This document shows, piece by piece, positions 8,487 to 17,935 of a DNA stretch of 64,000 nucleotides (its first letter is position 1; the number at the start of each line of letters is the position of its first letter). The notes under the pieces are model-generated. The model saw only the letters and a program-made list of their open reading frames with translations. It ran no database searches and was not told the DNA's origin. This stretch comes from Anaeromyxobacteraceae bacterium (lineage in GTDB: Bacteria > Myxococcota > Myxococcia > Myxococcales > Anaeromyxobacteraceae). Both the position numbers and the translations under genes were made by a program. The stretch is from positions 1-64,000 of the forward strand of contig JAULAX010000010.1 in assembly GCA_032654565.1 (NCBI GenBank), given 5' to 3'.

Positions 8487-10634
8487 TCAGCCCCCGAAGC
8501 CGAGCCGCTTGAGGAGCGGCTGCACCGACGGCGGCCGGCCGCGGAAGTCCTGGTAGAGCTTCATGGGATCCTCCGAGCGCCCCTTCTCCAGCAGGGTCCG
8601 GAAGCGGCGCGCCACGGCCTGGTCGAAGAGCCCCTTCTCCTGGAACGCGGCGAAGGCGTCGGCGTCCAGCACCTCGGCCCACTTGTAGCTGTAGTAGCCG
8701 GAGGAGTAGCCGCCCCCCGGGCCGAAGATGTGCTGGTAATAGGTGGTGCGGTAACGCGGCACGATGTTGTCCGGCATGGACATGCGGGCCAGCGCGATCC
8801 GCTCCAGCGCCCCCGAGTCCACCTCGGCGGTGGTGCTCAGGGTGTGCCACTCCATGTCGAGGAGCGCGGCGGCCAGGTACTCGACGTTCTTGAACCCCTG
8901 GTTGAAGCGGGCGGTCGCCTCGATCTTCTTCACCAGCGCGGCGGGGATGACCTGCCCGGTCTTCCAGTGCCGCGCGTAGACCTTGAGGACCTCCGGCTCG
9001 GTGGCCCAGTTCTCCATCACCTGCGACGGCAGCTCCACGAAGTCGCGCGGCACCTGCCCCACGCCCTGGTAGCGCTTCTTCCCGAGGATGCCGTGGAGCC
9101 CATGGCCGAACTCGTGGAAGAGCGTCTCCACCTCCTCGAGCGAGAGGAGCGCCGGGGCGTCACCCACCGGCCGGGAGAAGTTGCACACGTTGATGACCAG
9201 CGGCCGGATCTCCTTGCCGTCCCGCAGGTACTGGCCGCGGAAGCCGCTGGCCCAGGCGCCGGAGCGCTTGCCCGCCCGGGGGTGGTAGTCCACCAGGAAG
9301 ACGGCCAGGTGCGACCCGTCGCGGTCCTTCACCTCGAAGGCCTTCACCTCGGTGTTGTAGACCGGCACGTCCTTCAGCTCGGTGAAGGTGATGCCGTAGA
9401 GCCGATTGGCCGTGTAGAAGGCCCCGTCACGGACCTTGTCCAGCGAGAAGTAGGGGCGCAGCGCGGCGTCGTCGAGGTCGTACTTCGCCTTGCGGACCTT
9501 CTCCGTGTAGTAGAACCAGTCCCACGCCTCGACCGGGTGGCTCTTCCCGTCGGCCTTCACGGCGGCCTGGAGCGCGATGGCGTCCTTGGCGGCGGCCGCC
9601 TTGGCGGGCGCCCAGAGCTGGTTGAGCAGGCCGTAGACCCGGGCCGGCGTGGCGGCCATGGAGTCGTCGAGCACGTAGTCGGCCCAGGTCGGGAAGCCGA
9701 GCAGCCGGGCCTTCTCCACGCGGAGCGCCGCCATGCGCGAGGCCAGCGCCTTGTTGTCGGTGGCGCCGCCGTGATCGGCCTTGGTGGTGTAGGCGGTGAA
9801 GATCTGGCGCCGCAGCTCGCGGTCTTCGGCGTACTGCAGGAACGGCCAGATCGACGGGAAGTGGAGCGTGAAGAGCCACCGGCCCTCGAGCCCCGCCTTC
9901 CTGGCGGCCTCGGCCGCGGTGGCCACCACCCGGTCGGGCAGGCCGGCCAGCTGCTGCTTCTTGTCGAGCACCAGCCGGTAGCCGTTGGTCTCCGCCAGCA
10001 GGTTGTCCCCGAACTTCACGCCCACGTTGGTGAGCTCGGTGTTGATGGCCCGCAGCCGCGCCTGGCTGGGCCCGTCCAGCTCGGCCCCGTTCCGCACGAA
10101 GCGCTTCCAGGTCCGCTCCAGCAGCATCCGCTGGTCGACGTCGAGCTGGAGCGCGTCGCGCCCGGCCCAGACCGCCTTGACGCGCTGGAAGAGCTTCTCG
10201 TCGAGCGAGATGCTGTCACGGTGCTGGGACAGGAGCGGCATGGCCTCCCGGTTGATGGCCTGCAGCTTGTCGTTGGTGTCGGCGCCAACCAGCGCCCCGA
10301 AGACCGCGTTCACCTTGCCGAGCAGCTCGCCCGCCTGGTCGAGCGCCACCACGGTGTTCTGGAAGGTGGCGGGCTGGCTGGAGCCGCTGATGGCGTCGAT
10401 CTCGCGGCGCTCGGCCGCCATCCCCTCCTTGAGCGCCGGGAGGAAGTGCTCTTCCTTGATCTCGGCGAAGGGGGGAAGGCCGAACGGGGTCTTCCACTCG
10501 GTGAGGAGCGGGTTGGGGGTCGCCGCGGCGGCGGCGGCGGTGGGGGCCGCGGCGGCGGTGGGGGCGGCGGCGGCGGCGGAAGCGGCGGCCAGCAAGGCCG
10601 CGGCGGCGAAGGTGGCGAGGTGGCGACGGGTCAT
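8487..10634 (-). CDS. dcp: M3 family peptidyl-dipeptidase Dcp-like, secreted
   Basis: NPLL/PPF N-terminus, KRSGAW, FHEFGH zinc motif, DFVELPSQ, YSSGYYSY; signal peptide from MTRRHL. Confidence 0.9.
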   Translation of the reverse strand: MTRRHLATFAAAALLAAASAAAAAPTAAAAPTAAAAAATPNPLLTEWKTPFGLPPFAEIKEEHFLPALKEGMAAERREIDAISGSSQPATFQNTVVALDQAGELLGKVNAVFGALVGADTNDKLQAINREAMPLLSQHRDSISLDEKLFQRVKAVWAGRDALQLDVDQRMLLERTWKRFVRNGAELDGPSQARLRAINTELTNVGVKFGDNLLAETNGYRLVLDKKQQLAGLPDRVVATAAEAARKAGLEGRWLFTLHFPSIWPFLQYAEDRELRRQIFTAYTTKADHGGATDNKALASRMAALRVEKARLLGFPTWADYVLDDSMAATPARVYGLLNQLWAPAKAAAAKDAIALQAAVKADGKSHPVEAWDWFYYTEKVRKAKYDLDDAALRPYFSLDKVRDGAFYTANRLYGITFTELKDVPVYNTEVKAFEVKDRDGSHLAVFLVDYHPRAGKRSGAWASGFRGQYLRDGKEIRPLVINVCNFSRPVGDAPALLSLEEVETLFHEFGHGLHGILGKKRYQGVGQVPRDFVELPSQVMENWATEPEVLKVYARHWKTGQVIPAALVKKIEATARFNQGFKNVEYLAAALLDMEWHTLSTTAEVDSGALERIALARMSMPDNIVPRYRTTYYQHIFGPGGGYSSGYYSYKWAEVLDADAFAAFQEKGLFDQAVARRFRTLLEKGRSEDPMKLYQDFRGRPPSVQPLLKRLGFGG

Positions 10635-10815
10635 GTGGGCTCCCTGGGGAGGCGGGGGATGGTCGGGGGCCCGAAGGTGCTTCGGTCCGCGGCTCAGGGC
10701 CGACAATGTAGCCTGCTCCAGCCCTGTCCCAGAGCATTTTCGTGGACCTCCATGAAAGCCGCGCAGTCGAGGATTTCGGTGGCGACCGGCCGCGCGGCGG
10801 CTATGGTATCGCCCC

Positions 10816-12528
10816 ATGCTCACCACCCTCCGCGTCTCCCTCGGCGTGCTGCTGCTCGTCGCCTCCACGGCCCGGGCCGCCGCCGACCCGTCTCCAGCCC
10901 GAGCCCCCGGCTTCACCGCCGACGAGCGGGCCGCCGTCGCCCGGATCACGGCCGCCGAGATCTCCGGTCACACCCGCTTCCTGGGCGACGACCTGCTCGA
11001 GGGACGCTTCCCGGGGGCTCGCGGCGACCGGCTGGCGGTGAAGTACCTGGCGGCCCAGCTCGAGGCCATGGGCTACCGGCCGGGCGCGACCGGCGCCGAC
11101 GGGAAACCGTCCTGGCTCCAGCCCGTGCCGATGGTGAAGTACACCGCCACCGTGCCGGGCGAGATGGTCTTCCAGCGCGGCGCGGCGAAGCTGGCGCTGC
11201 CGACCGGCCCGGGCAGCAAGGGCGAGCTGGCGCTCCGCTCCATCGGCGACACCGATCACGTGGTGGCCAGGGACGCCGAGCTGGTCTTCGTCGGGTACGG
11301 CATCGTGGCTCCCGAGCGCGGGTGGGACGACTACCGGGGCGTCGACGTGAAGGGCAAGATCGTGGTGGTCCTCAACTTCAACCCGCCCTGGGCCGGGGAG
11401 GGCGTCCGCCTCTGGTACGGGCGCTGGGCCTACAAGTACCTGGAGGCCGCCCGCCACGGCGCGGTGGGCGCGCTGGTGATCCACACCACCGAGTCCGCCG
11501 GCTACCCGTGGCAGGTGGTCAGCACCTCCAATCGCGACGTCGCCTTCGGGCTGCCCCCCGAGGACGACACCGACCCGCGCCTCCCGTTCCAGGGCTGGAT
11601 CAGCTCCCCCGCGGCCATCCGCCTCTTCGAGCTGGCGGGCCGGCAGCTCTCCGTCGAGGAGGGCGCGGCCAGGGCCCGCGGCGGGCTCGGCGGCGTCTCC
11701 TTCCCGCTCGGCGTCACCGCCTCCCTCGACATGCCGGTCCGGCGCGAACGGCTCGAGAGCGCCAACGTGATCGGGATGGTGAAGGGGACCGACCCCAGGC
11801 TGGCGGAGGAGGCGGTGCTCTACACGGCCCACCACGACCACCTCGGCCTCCGCACGCCCCCGGTGGCCGGGGAGCGGAACGTCTACTCCGGCGCGCTCGA
11901 CAACGCCTCGGGCTGCGCGTCGGTGCTGGCCATCGCGCGGGCCCTGGCCGTGTCGCCCCCGCGCCGCTCGGTGGTGGTCGCGTTCACGGCCGGCGAGGAG
12001 CAGGGGCTGCTCGGGGCCCACTGGTACGCCACCCACCCCACCGTGAAGCCGGGGCGGATCGCGGTCGACATCAACGTCGACGGGGTCAACATCCACGGTC
12101 GCACCACCGACGTCGGCTTCCTCGGCCTCGGCCGGTCCTCGGTGGACGCCGTGGTCAAGGCGGCGGCCGCCGCCCAGGGGCGCACCGTGCACGGCGATCC
12201 CTTCCCCGACCGCGGCCTCTTCTACCGGTCGGACGACTTCGAGCTGGCGCGGGTCGGCGTGCCGGGGGCGCGTCTCGGCGGGGGACCGCACTTCGTCGGG
12301 CGGCCAGAGTCGTGGGGCAAGGAGCGGCTGGAGGAGTACGAGCGTCACCACTACCACCAGACCAGCGACGTCTACCCGGAGTCGCCGGAGACGTGGGACC
12401 TGAGCGGCGCCGTGGAGGACGCCCAGCTCCAGCTGGTCATCGGCCTGCGGCTTGGCAACGCCGCCTCGCTCCCGGTCTGGAACAAGGGCGACGAGTTCGA
12501 GAGGGCGCGGGCCACGGCGGCGCGCTGA
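10816..12528 (+). CDS. M28 family metallopeptidase with PA domain
   Basis: Signal peptide, LVFVGYG, TAHHDHLG, GALDNASG, EEQGLLGA, YRSD, YHQ. Confidence 0.9.
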   Translation: MLTTLRVSLGVLLLVASTARAAADPSPARAPGFTADERAAVARITAAEISGHTRFLGDDLLEGRFPGARGDRLAVKYLAAQLEAMGYRPGATGADGKPSWLQPVPMVKYTATVPGEMVFQRGAAKLALPTGPGSKGELALRSIGDTDHVVARDAELVFVGYGIVAPERGWDDYRGVDVKGKIVVVLNFNPPWAGEGVRLWYGRWAYKYLEAARHGAVGALVIHTTESAGYPWQVVSTSNRDVAFGLPPEDDTDPRLPFQGWISSPAAIRLFELAGRQLSVEEGAARARGGLGGVSFPLGVTASLDMPVRRERLESANVIGMVKGTDPRLAEEAVLYTAHHDHLGLRTPPVAGERNVYSGALDNASGCASVLAIARALAVSPPRRSVVVAFTAGEEQGLLGAHWYATHPTVKPGRIAVDINVDGVNIHGRTTDVGFLGLGRSSVDAVVKAAAAAQGRTVHGDPFPDRGLFYRSDDFELARVGVPGARLGGGPHFVGRPESWGKERLEEYERHHYHQTSDVYPESPETWDLSGAVEDAQLQLVIGLRLGNAASLPVWNKGDEFERARATAAR

Positions 12529-12608
12529 CCGGGGGTCACCCGGGCTCCTGTCCCCGGTCTCCTCGTCGCCGCGATCGGGTTCTTCGCCGGGCCGGAGTAT
12601 CCTCGGGC

Positions 12609-13652
12609 ATGTCCGACGCGCGCCCACTCGGCGGGGCGGTGGCTGGTCTCGGGGCCGCCGTCCTCTTCGGGCTCTCCACGCCGGTCGCCAAGCTGCTGCT
12701 CCCGTCGACCGGGCCCTTCCTGCTGGCCGGTCTCCTCTACCTGGGCGCGGGCGTCGGCCTGTCGCTGGTGGCGCCGCTCCGCCGGGCGGGGCGGGAGGCG
12801 GGGCTCGAGCGCCAGGACCTTCCGACCCTGGCGGGGATGGTGGTCGCCGGCGGCATCGCCGGGCCACTCCTCCTGCTGTTCGGCCTCGCCCGGCTCCCCG
12901 GTGCCCAGGCGTCCCTCCTCCTCAACCTCGAGGCACCACTCACCATCGGCCTCGCGGTGCTGGTCTTCGGGGAGTCCCTGTCGATCCGTGAAGTCCTGGG
13001 CGCGCTGCTCATCGTGCTGGGCGGCGCCGTGCTGAGCCCCGGGCCAGGGGGAGGCAGCGCTCCGTGGTGGGGCGCCCTCGCCGTCGTGGGTGCCTGCGCC
13101 GCGTGGGCCCTCGACAACAACCTGGGGCAGCGGCTCTCCCTGCGCGACCCGTTCGCCGTCACCCGGGTGAAGGCGCTCGTCGCCGGCGCGGTCAACGTCG
13201 CGCTGGCGCTGTCATTGGGAGAGCGCCTGCCGCCTGGCTTGGCCCTGCTCGGGACACTCTTCACGGGGTTCCTCGGCTATGGCCTGAGCATCGCCCTCCA
13301 CCTCCTGGCGATGCGCCACCTCGGGGCGGCACGGCAGGCCGCCTTCTTCGCCACCGCGCCCTTCGTCGGGGCCGTCGCCTCCGTTCCGCTCCTGGGCGAG
13401 CGCCTCGGCGTGGTGGAGCTCGGCGCGGGCGGGCTGATGGCCGCAGGCGCCATCTTGCTGCTCGGCGCTCGCCACGCTCATCGTCACGGGCACGAGGCGC
13501 TGGAGCACGACCACGCCCACCTGCACGATGGACACCACCGGCACGAGCACGAGGGCCCGGTGGAGGAGCCGCATTCGCACCCTCACCGTCACCTGCCGCT
13601 CGAGCACGATCACCCGCACCTGCCCGACGCGCACCACCGGCATCGCCACTGA
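12609..13652 (+). CDS. DMT/EamA transporter with His-rich C-terminal tail
   Basis: About 10 TM segments, SLLLNLE, WALDNN; tail HAHRHGHEALEHDHAH...PDAHHRHRH. Confidence 0.88.
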   Translation: MSDARPLGGAVAGLGAAVLFGLSTPVAKLLLPSTGPFLLAGLLYLGAGVGLSLVAPLRRAGREAGLERQDLPTLAGMVVAGGIAGPLLLLFGLARLPGAQASLLLNLEAPLTIGLAVLVFGESLSIREVLGALLIVLGGAVLSPGPGGGSAPWWGALAVVGACAAWALDNNLGQRLSLRDPFAVTRVKALVAGAVNVALALSLGERLPPGLALLGTLFTGFLGYGLSIALHLLAMRHLGAARQAAFFATAPFVGAVASVPLLGERLGVVELGAGGLMAAGAILLLGARHAHRHGHEALEHDHAHLHDGHHRHEHEGPVEEPHSHPHRHLPLEHDHPHLPDAHHRHRH

Positions 13653-13817
13653 GGGCGCCGGGCCGAACCGGCAGACACCCGAGGCCGCCAGGAGGTCGGG
13701 TCAGGCCGAGGCCCCACGCGGTGGCGAAGGGCGCGGTGCAGCAGGCGGGAGGCGAGCCGCAGCGCCCCGAGAAGGAGCGCGGTCTCGAGCACGACCAGGG
13801 CGGCGCTGGCCTGCGCC

Positions 13818-14420
13818 TCACCGCGGGAGCGACCAGGCCCAGCCGAGCTTCACCGAGACCTCGGCCTCGAAGGCGCGGGGCTTGAAGGTGTTGGAACCGA
13901 CCGGGACGCCGCCGGTGTTGAAGGGCGCGTGGGCGGCGCCCCACGGGTTGACGTAGAGCCCCTTCCAGAGGGGGAAGACCCAGCCGGCGCCCACGGTGGC
14001 CACCGCGGTCCCCCAGCGGCCGCGCTCCGGGCCGCTCTCCAGCCCGATGCTGCTCCACCAGTACTCGGCGCCCGCGGCCACCCAGGGTCCGGTGAAGTCG
14101 TCGCGGAAGAAGCGATCGTAGATCACGGCGGCCACCGTCGAGCTCCGATCGGCGAAGGGGGAGGCGGTGAAGCCGTTGGGGTAGTGGAGGTGGGCGCCGA
14201 CCAGGCGGAGCCGGTTCCGGTCGGCCCCGACCCAGAGTTGCAGGGCGCCGCCGGCCTCGCCGGCCACGGCGCTGGCCACGGTCGGGAGCAGGTCGACCTC
14301 GACGCCGACCGCCTCGGGGCGGAGGTCCAGGGCGGCCGCCGGGCCGGCCGCAAGCAGGGCAGCGGCCAGGAGGATGGAACGAAGGGGAAGCGACGAAGGG
14401 GTGCTCTCTCTCTGATACAT
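13818..14420 (-). CDS. Hypothetical secreted / outer-membrane beta-barrel protein
   Basis: Signal peptide, amphipathic beta pattern, aromatic C-terminus VKLGWAW. Confidence 0.65.
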   Translation of the reverse strand: MYQRESTPSSLPLRSILLAAALLAAGPAAALDLRPEAVGVEVDLLPTVASAVAGEAGGALQLWVGADRNRLRLVGAHLHYPNGFTASPFADRSSTVAAVIYDRFFRDDFTGPWVAAGAEYWWSSIGLESGPERGRWGTAVATVGAGWVFPLWKGLYVNPWGAAHAPFNTGGVPVGSNTFKPRAFEAEVSVKLGWAWSLPR

Positions 14421-14485
14421 GCTGCTCTTCTCCTCGGTGGTGCGCCTCGCGGCGCGGGTGGTGGGGCTTCAGGTGGCCAGGGTGC

Positions 14486-14519
14486 TTGACAGCCACCGGT
14501 CGAATGCGTAATATATTAC
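14486..14519 (+). promoter_or_regulatory. sigma70 promoter with palindromic MarR-type operator
   Basis: TTGACA(14486)-N17-TAATAT(14509); perfect palindrome GTAATATATTAC at 14508-14519. Confidence 0.8.
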
Positions 14520-14521
14520 CC

Positions 14522-14980
14522 ATGAAGCGGACCCTGTCAAGCGATGCCCTCCGCGCCGAGATCTTCGGCTCGGTCTTCCTGCTCTCCCAGTACCTGGCCC
14601 GGCGTGGCGACGTGGCGCTCGAGCCGCTCGGTCTCACCACCAAGCAGTGGCTGCTGCTGGCCATCGTGGCGCGCCGCTTCCCCGGGGAGAGCCCCACGCT
14701 CACCGAGGCGTCGCTCTGGTACGGGAGCTCCCGCCAGAACGTGAAGGCGATCGCCCAGCAGCTCCAGGTGCGGGGCTTCCTGCGGCTCGCCGCCGACCCG
14801 GAGGACCGGCGCGCGCTGCGGCTCCACCTCACCCCCAAGGCCAGGGTCTTCGACGCCGCCGACGAGGCGGCCCGGCTGGCCCGGGTGCTGGCCGAGCTGC
14901 TGGCCGGCTTCGACGGCCACGAGCTGGTCACGCTCCGCGACCTGCTGCGCCGCTGGCTCGGCGTGGTCTCACCCTCCTAG
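14522..14980 (+). CDS. MarR-family transcriptional regulator
   Basis: GLTTKQWLLL, SSRQNVKAIA, DPEDRRALRLHLT. Confidence 0.9.
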   Translation: MKRTLSSDALRAEIFGSVFLLSQYLARRGDVALEPLGLTTKQWLLLAIVARRFPGESPTLTEASLWYGSSRQNVKAIAQQLQVRGFLRLAADPEDRRALRLHLTPKARVFDAADEAARLARVLAELLAGFDGHELVTLRDLLRRWLGVVSPS

Positions 14981-15010
14981 CCACCCAACCCGCCCCGGAG
15001 AATCCACCCC

Positions 15011-15874
15011 GTGACCACCACCACCAGCACCAAAACCCTCGCCATGTCGCTCCTCGCCACCGTTGCCGCCGGCTGCAGCACGCTCCAGTCGAAGTCCGAG
15101 TCCCGGATCCAGGAGGAGTTCAGGGCCCAGCCCACCACGGCCATCCCGCTGCTCGAGGAGGCGGCCCTGGCACACCTGCCGCTGCCGGTGCAGCGCTTCG
15201 TCCGCGCCTCGGGCGCGGTGGGGCGCCCGCGGGTGCAGAACTTCAGGGCCGAGTTCGACGCCGAGATGTACCGGAAGCCGGGCGACGCGCCGATGGTCTC
15301 GCGCTCGGTCCAGTACAACTTCGTCGCCAGCCCGGCCCGGCTCTTCTTCATGACGAGCCGCATGTTCGGGCTCCCGGTCCAGGTCTTCCACGACTACGCG
15401 GCCGAGCGGGCCACCTTCAAGGTCCGGGTGGCGTCGCTCTTCAACGTGGTCGACGAGGGCGGTGATCCGTTCAGCAAGGTCGAGACGGTCACGGTGCTCA
15501 ACGACCTGTGTTTCTTCGCCCCCGGCGCGCTCGTCGACCCCCGGCTCTCCTGGGAGCCGATCGACGACCGGACCGCCCGGGTCACCTTCAGCAACGGCCC
15601 GCATCGCGTGTCGGCCACGCTCTTCTTCAACGAGCGGGACGAGCTCGTCGACTTCACCTCGGACGACCGGCCGCCGAAGATCGACGGCACCTACAGGCCC
15701 TACCGCTGGTCGACGCCCATCGAGGGGTACCAGCAGCTCGACGGCCTGCGCCTCCCCACCCGCGGCGCGGCCGTCTACGCCTACCCCGAGGGACCATTCA
15801 CCTACGGGAAGTTCCGTCTCAAGTCGGTGGCCTACAACATCCAGGCCCCAGCTTCGGGACGGGAAGGGGGTTGA
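15011..15874 (+). CDS. Conserved hypothetical lipoprotein (DUF6544-like)
   Basis: Lipobox AAGC; LAHLPLPVQRF, SVQYNF, ETVTVLNDLC, WSTP motifs. Confidence 0.7.
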   Translation: MTTTTSTKTLAMSLLATVAAGCSTLQSKSESRIQEEFRAQPTTAIPLLEEAALAHLPLPVQRFVRASGAVGRPRVQNFRAEFDAEMYRKPGDAPMVSRSVQYNFVASPARLFFMTSRMFGLPVQVFHDYAAERATFKVRVASLFNVVDEGGDPFSKVETVTVLNDLCFFAPGALVDPRLSWEPIDDRTARVTFSNGPHRVSATLFFNERDELVDFTSDDRPPKIDGTYRPYRWSTPIEGYQQLDGLRLPTRGAAVYAYPEGPFTYGKFRLKSVAYNIQAPASGREGG

Positions 15875-15883
15875 TGGCTGGCC

Positions 15884-16531
15884 CTACATCCCGGCGAAGA
15901 GCATCCCCTTCTGCAGGATGACGACGCCGAAGACCACCAGCAGCACGCCCGAGGCCCAGCGCACCACCAGCGGGTGGGCGGCCACGGCCCGGATCCGGCG
16001 CCGCACGGCCTGTGAGCCGTACCCGACCGCCAGCATGGGGACGGCGAAGCCGGCCGAGTAGGCGAGCAGCAGCGCCACGCCGACCAGGAGCGAGCCCTGC
16101 GTCGCCACCGTGGCCAGCACGCCCGAGAGCATGGGGCCGACGCACGGGATCCAGACCAGGCCGAGGCTGAGCCCGAGCAGCAGGCCCGACCAGCGACCCT
16201 TGCCCGGCGCCTGGATGCGCTGCAGCCAGGTGAAGCGCTTGAAGAGGTTGACGTCGGCCAGGAGCAGCAGGCCGAAGAGGACGATCAGGACCCCGACCCC
16301 CTTCTCCATGAAGGGGAGGAGGCGCCCCACCGCGCCGCCCAGCAGGCTGGTCAGCAGGCCCATGGCCACGAAGCTCGCGGCCACGCCAGCGACCACCAGG
16401 GCAGGCCGGGAGCGGTCCTCGTCGGTGGTTCCGGTCACCAGCAGCGGCAGCACCGGCAGGACGCAGGGGCTGGCCACGCTGGCCAGCCCCGCGGCGAAGG
16501 AGAGCGCGAGCGACGAGAGGCCGAGGTCCAC
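15884..16531 (-). CDS. ccdA: CcdA / DsbD-beta family disulfide transport protein
   Basis: SPCVLP and WIPCVGP motifs, 6 TM segments. Confidence 0.9.
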   Translation of the reverse strand: MDLGLSSLALSFAAGLASVASPCVLPVLPLLVTGTTDEDRSRPALVVAGVAASFVAMGLLTSLLGGAVGRLLPFMEKGVGVLIVLFGLLLLADVNLFKRFTWLQRIQAPGKGRWSGLLLGLSLGLVWIPCVGPMLSGVLATVATQGSLLVGVALLLAYSAGFAVPMLAVGYGSQAVRRRIRAVAAHPLVVRWASGVLLVVFGVVILQKGMLFAGM

Positions 16532-16535
16532 CGGA

Positions 16536-16955
16536 TCAGTACCCGAGGAGCCGCCGCACCTGGGCCTCGGACTGGATGCCCGGGGTGGCGCGGCGCAGCT
16601 CGGTGCCGGCCTGGTCGGTGACCACCAGCTGGGGGAGGGAGCGGATGCCGAACTGCTCGAAGCGGGCGAGGTCGGTGCCCTCGGTGGTCCGGTAGTAGAC
16701 CACGTCGGCGCGACCCCCCAGCTCGGCCGTCATGCCGCGAAGCACCTGGTCCTGCAGCTGGCAAGGCCGGCCGTTGGGGTTCATGAAGAAGACCAGGCGG
16801 GGTCGGCTGGTGGCGGCAGGGCCTGGCGGTGCCATCGCGGGCGCGGCGTGGGCCGGCACCGACGAGACGGGCGCCGGCGCCGAGAGGGCGTCGGAGCAGC
16901 CGGGGAGGGCGACAAGGGAGAGCAGCAGGGTTGCGGCGAAGGAGAGCGGCCTCAT
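16536..16955 (-). CDS. Thioredoxin-fold lipoprotein with a single active-site Cys
   Basis: Lipobox LPGC; FMNPNGRPCQ in place of CxxC; FGIRSLPQL cis-Pro loop. Confidence 0.7.
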   Translation of the reverse strand: MRPLSFAATLLLSLVALPGCSDALSAPAPVSSVPAHAAPAMAPPGPAATSRPRLVFFMNPNGRPCQLQDQVLRGMTAELGGRADVVYYRTTEGTDLARFEQFGIRSLPQLVVTDQAGTELRRATPGIQSEAQVRRLLGY

Positions 16956-17341
16956 GTCTGACTCCTGTGTGGGGTGGCGATGAGCTCGGTGTCGATGACC
17001 TCACGCAGGTAGCGACTGCCGACGAAGCCGGTGATCCGGTGGACCTCGCGCCCCTTCTTGAAGAAGAGGACCGTCGGCGTGCCCATGACGCCCAGCCGCG
17101 CCGTGTACTCCCGGGCCTCGGCGGCGTTCATCTCGGCGACCTTGACCCGCCCCTGGTAGGCGGTGGCCAGGTCCATGACGATCGGCTCCAGCTGGGCGCA
17201 CGGTCCGCAGCCGGGGCTCCAGACGTCGAGCACCATGGGCAGCGTGGAGCGCGCCACCTCGGCGACGAAGTTCTCGTCGTCGACGTGGACCGGCTGGACC
17301 CTGGGGGGCCTGGCACCGAAGAGCTTGTCGAGGAGTCCCAT
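16952..17341 (-). CDS. Thioredoxin
   Basis: DVWSPGCGPC, GVMGTPT. Confidence 0.9.
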   Translation of the reverse strand: MGLLDKLFGARPPRVQPVHVDDENFVAEVARSTLPMVLDVWSPGCGPCAQLEPIVMDLATAYQGRVKVAEMNAAEAREYTARLGVMGTPTVLFFKKGREVHRITGFVGSRYLREVIDTELIATPHRSQT

Positions 17342-17357
17342 GCCCACTGCGGGCCGG

Positions 17358-17549
17358 CTACTTCCCGGCACGCGGAGCCGTGCTGACTCCCAGCAACCGG
17401 TAGAGCGGGCAGAAGCCGATGAGGCCGGTCGCCAGCGGGATGAGCCCGAGGTAGCCGAGCGGTGAGTGCGGCCCCACGAACACCAGGGACAGCAGCCCCA
17501 GGCCGAGGACGATGCGGATGGCGCGGTCGATGGTGCCTTCGTTGATCAT
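17358..17549 (-). CDS. DUF2892 (YgaP-like) membrane protein
   Basis: NEGTIDRAIRIVLG...GFCPLYRLLG; GGAGG RBS upstream. Confidence 0.9.
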   Translation of the reverse strand: MINEGTIDRAIRIVLGLGLLSLVFVGPHSPLGYLGLIPLATGLIGFCPLYRLLGVSTAPRAGK

Positions 17550-17755
17550 GGTGTTTCCTCCGTTGCCCCGTCGGAGCCGGAACTCGGTGGAAGGATTCAG
17601 CGCGACCTCGGGAGGTCCCCGGCACGAGCCGGTCCCGCTCCGGCTCCCGGGAGAATCGGGCCCCATGTGGGTCGTCCCGACACCAAGCTGGTCGACGTCG
17701 GAATCCTTCTGCTGGCCTGGAGGTTCCAACCAGCGTGACCCGGCAACTGCGCAGG

Positions 17756-17890
17756 CTATCCGGGTGACTGGCGGACCGGGGACCGCTCCGCCTCCGGCCC
17801 GCCGGGCGCCAGCTCCACCAGGATCTCGTTGGTCCGCAGGAACCAGGGCATGAAGGGCGGATGGTGGCGGGCCGAGGACGGCGGGGAGGA
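17756..17890 (-). pseudogene. C-terminal remnant of a SOUL-family heme-binding protein
   Basis: Minus strand translates ARHHPPFMPWFLRTNEILVEL...stop, resembling the SOUL C-terminal ARYxPPxxPxFxRxNE motif; no N-terminus. Confidence 0.5.
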
Positions 17891-17935
17891 GGAGGCGCGA
17901 GGGCACCAAGCCCGACGAGGCCGGCGGGTGGGCGT

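Noticed and set aside
10520..10580. GC-rich repeat in the dcp 5' region
   Set aside because: Encodes an AAAAPT linker after the signal peptide; not a separate element.
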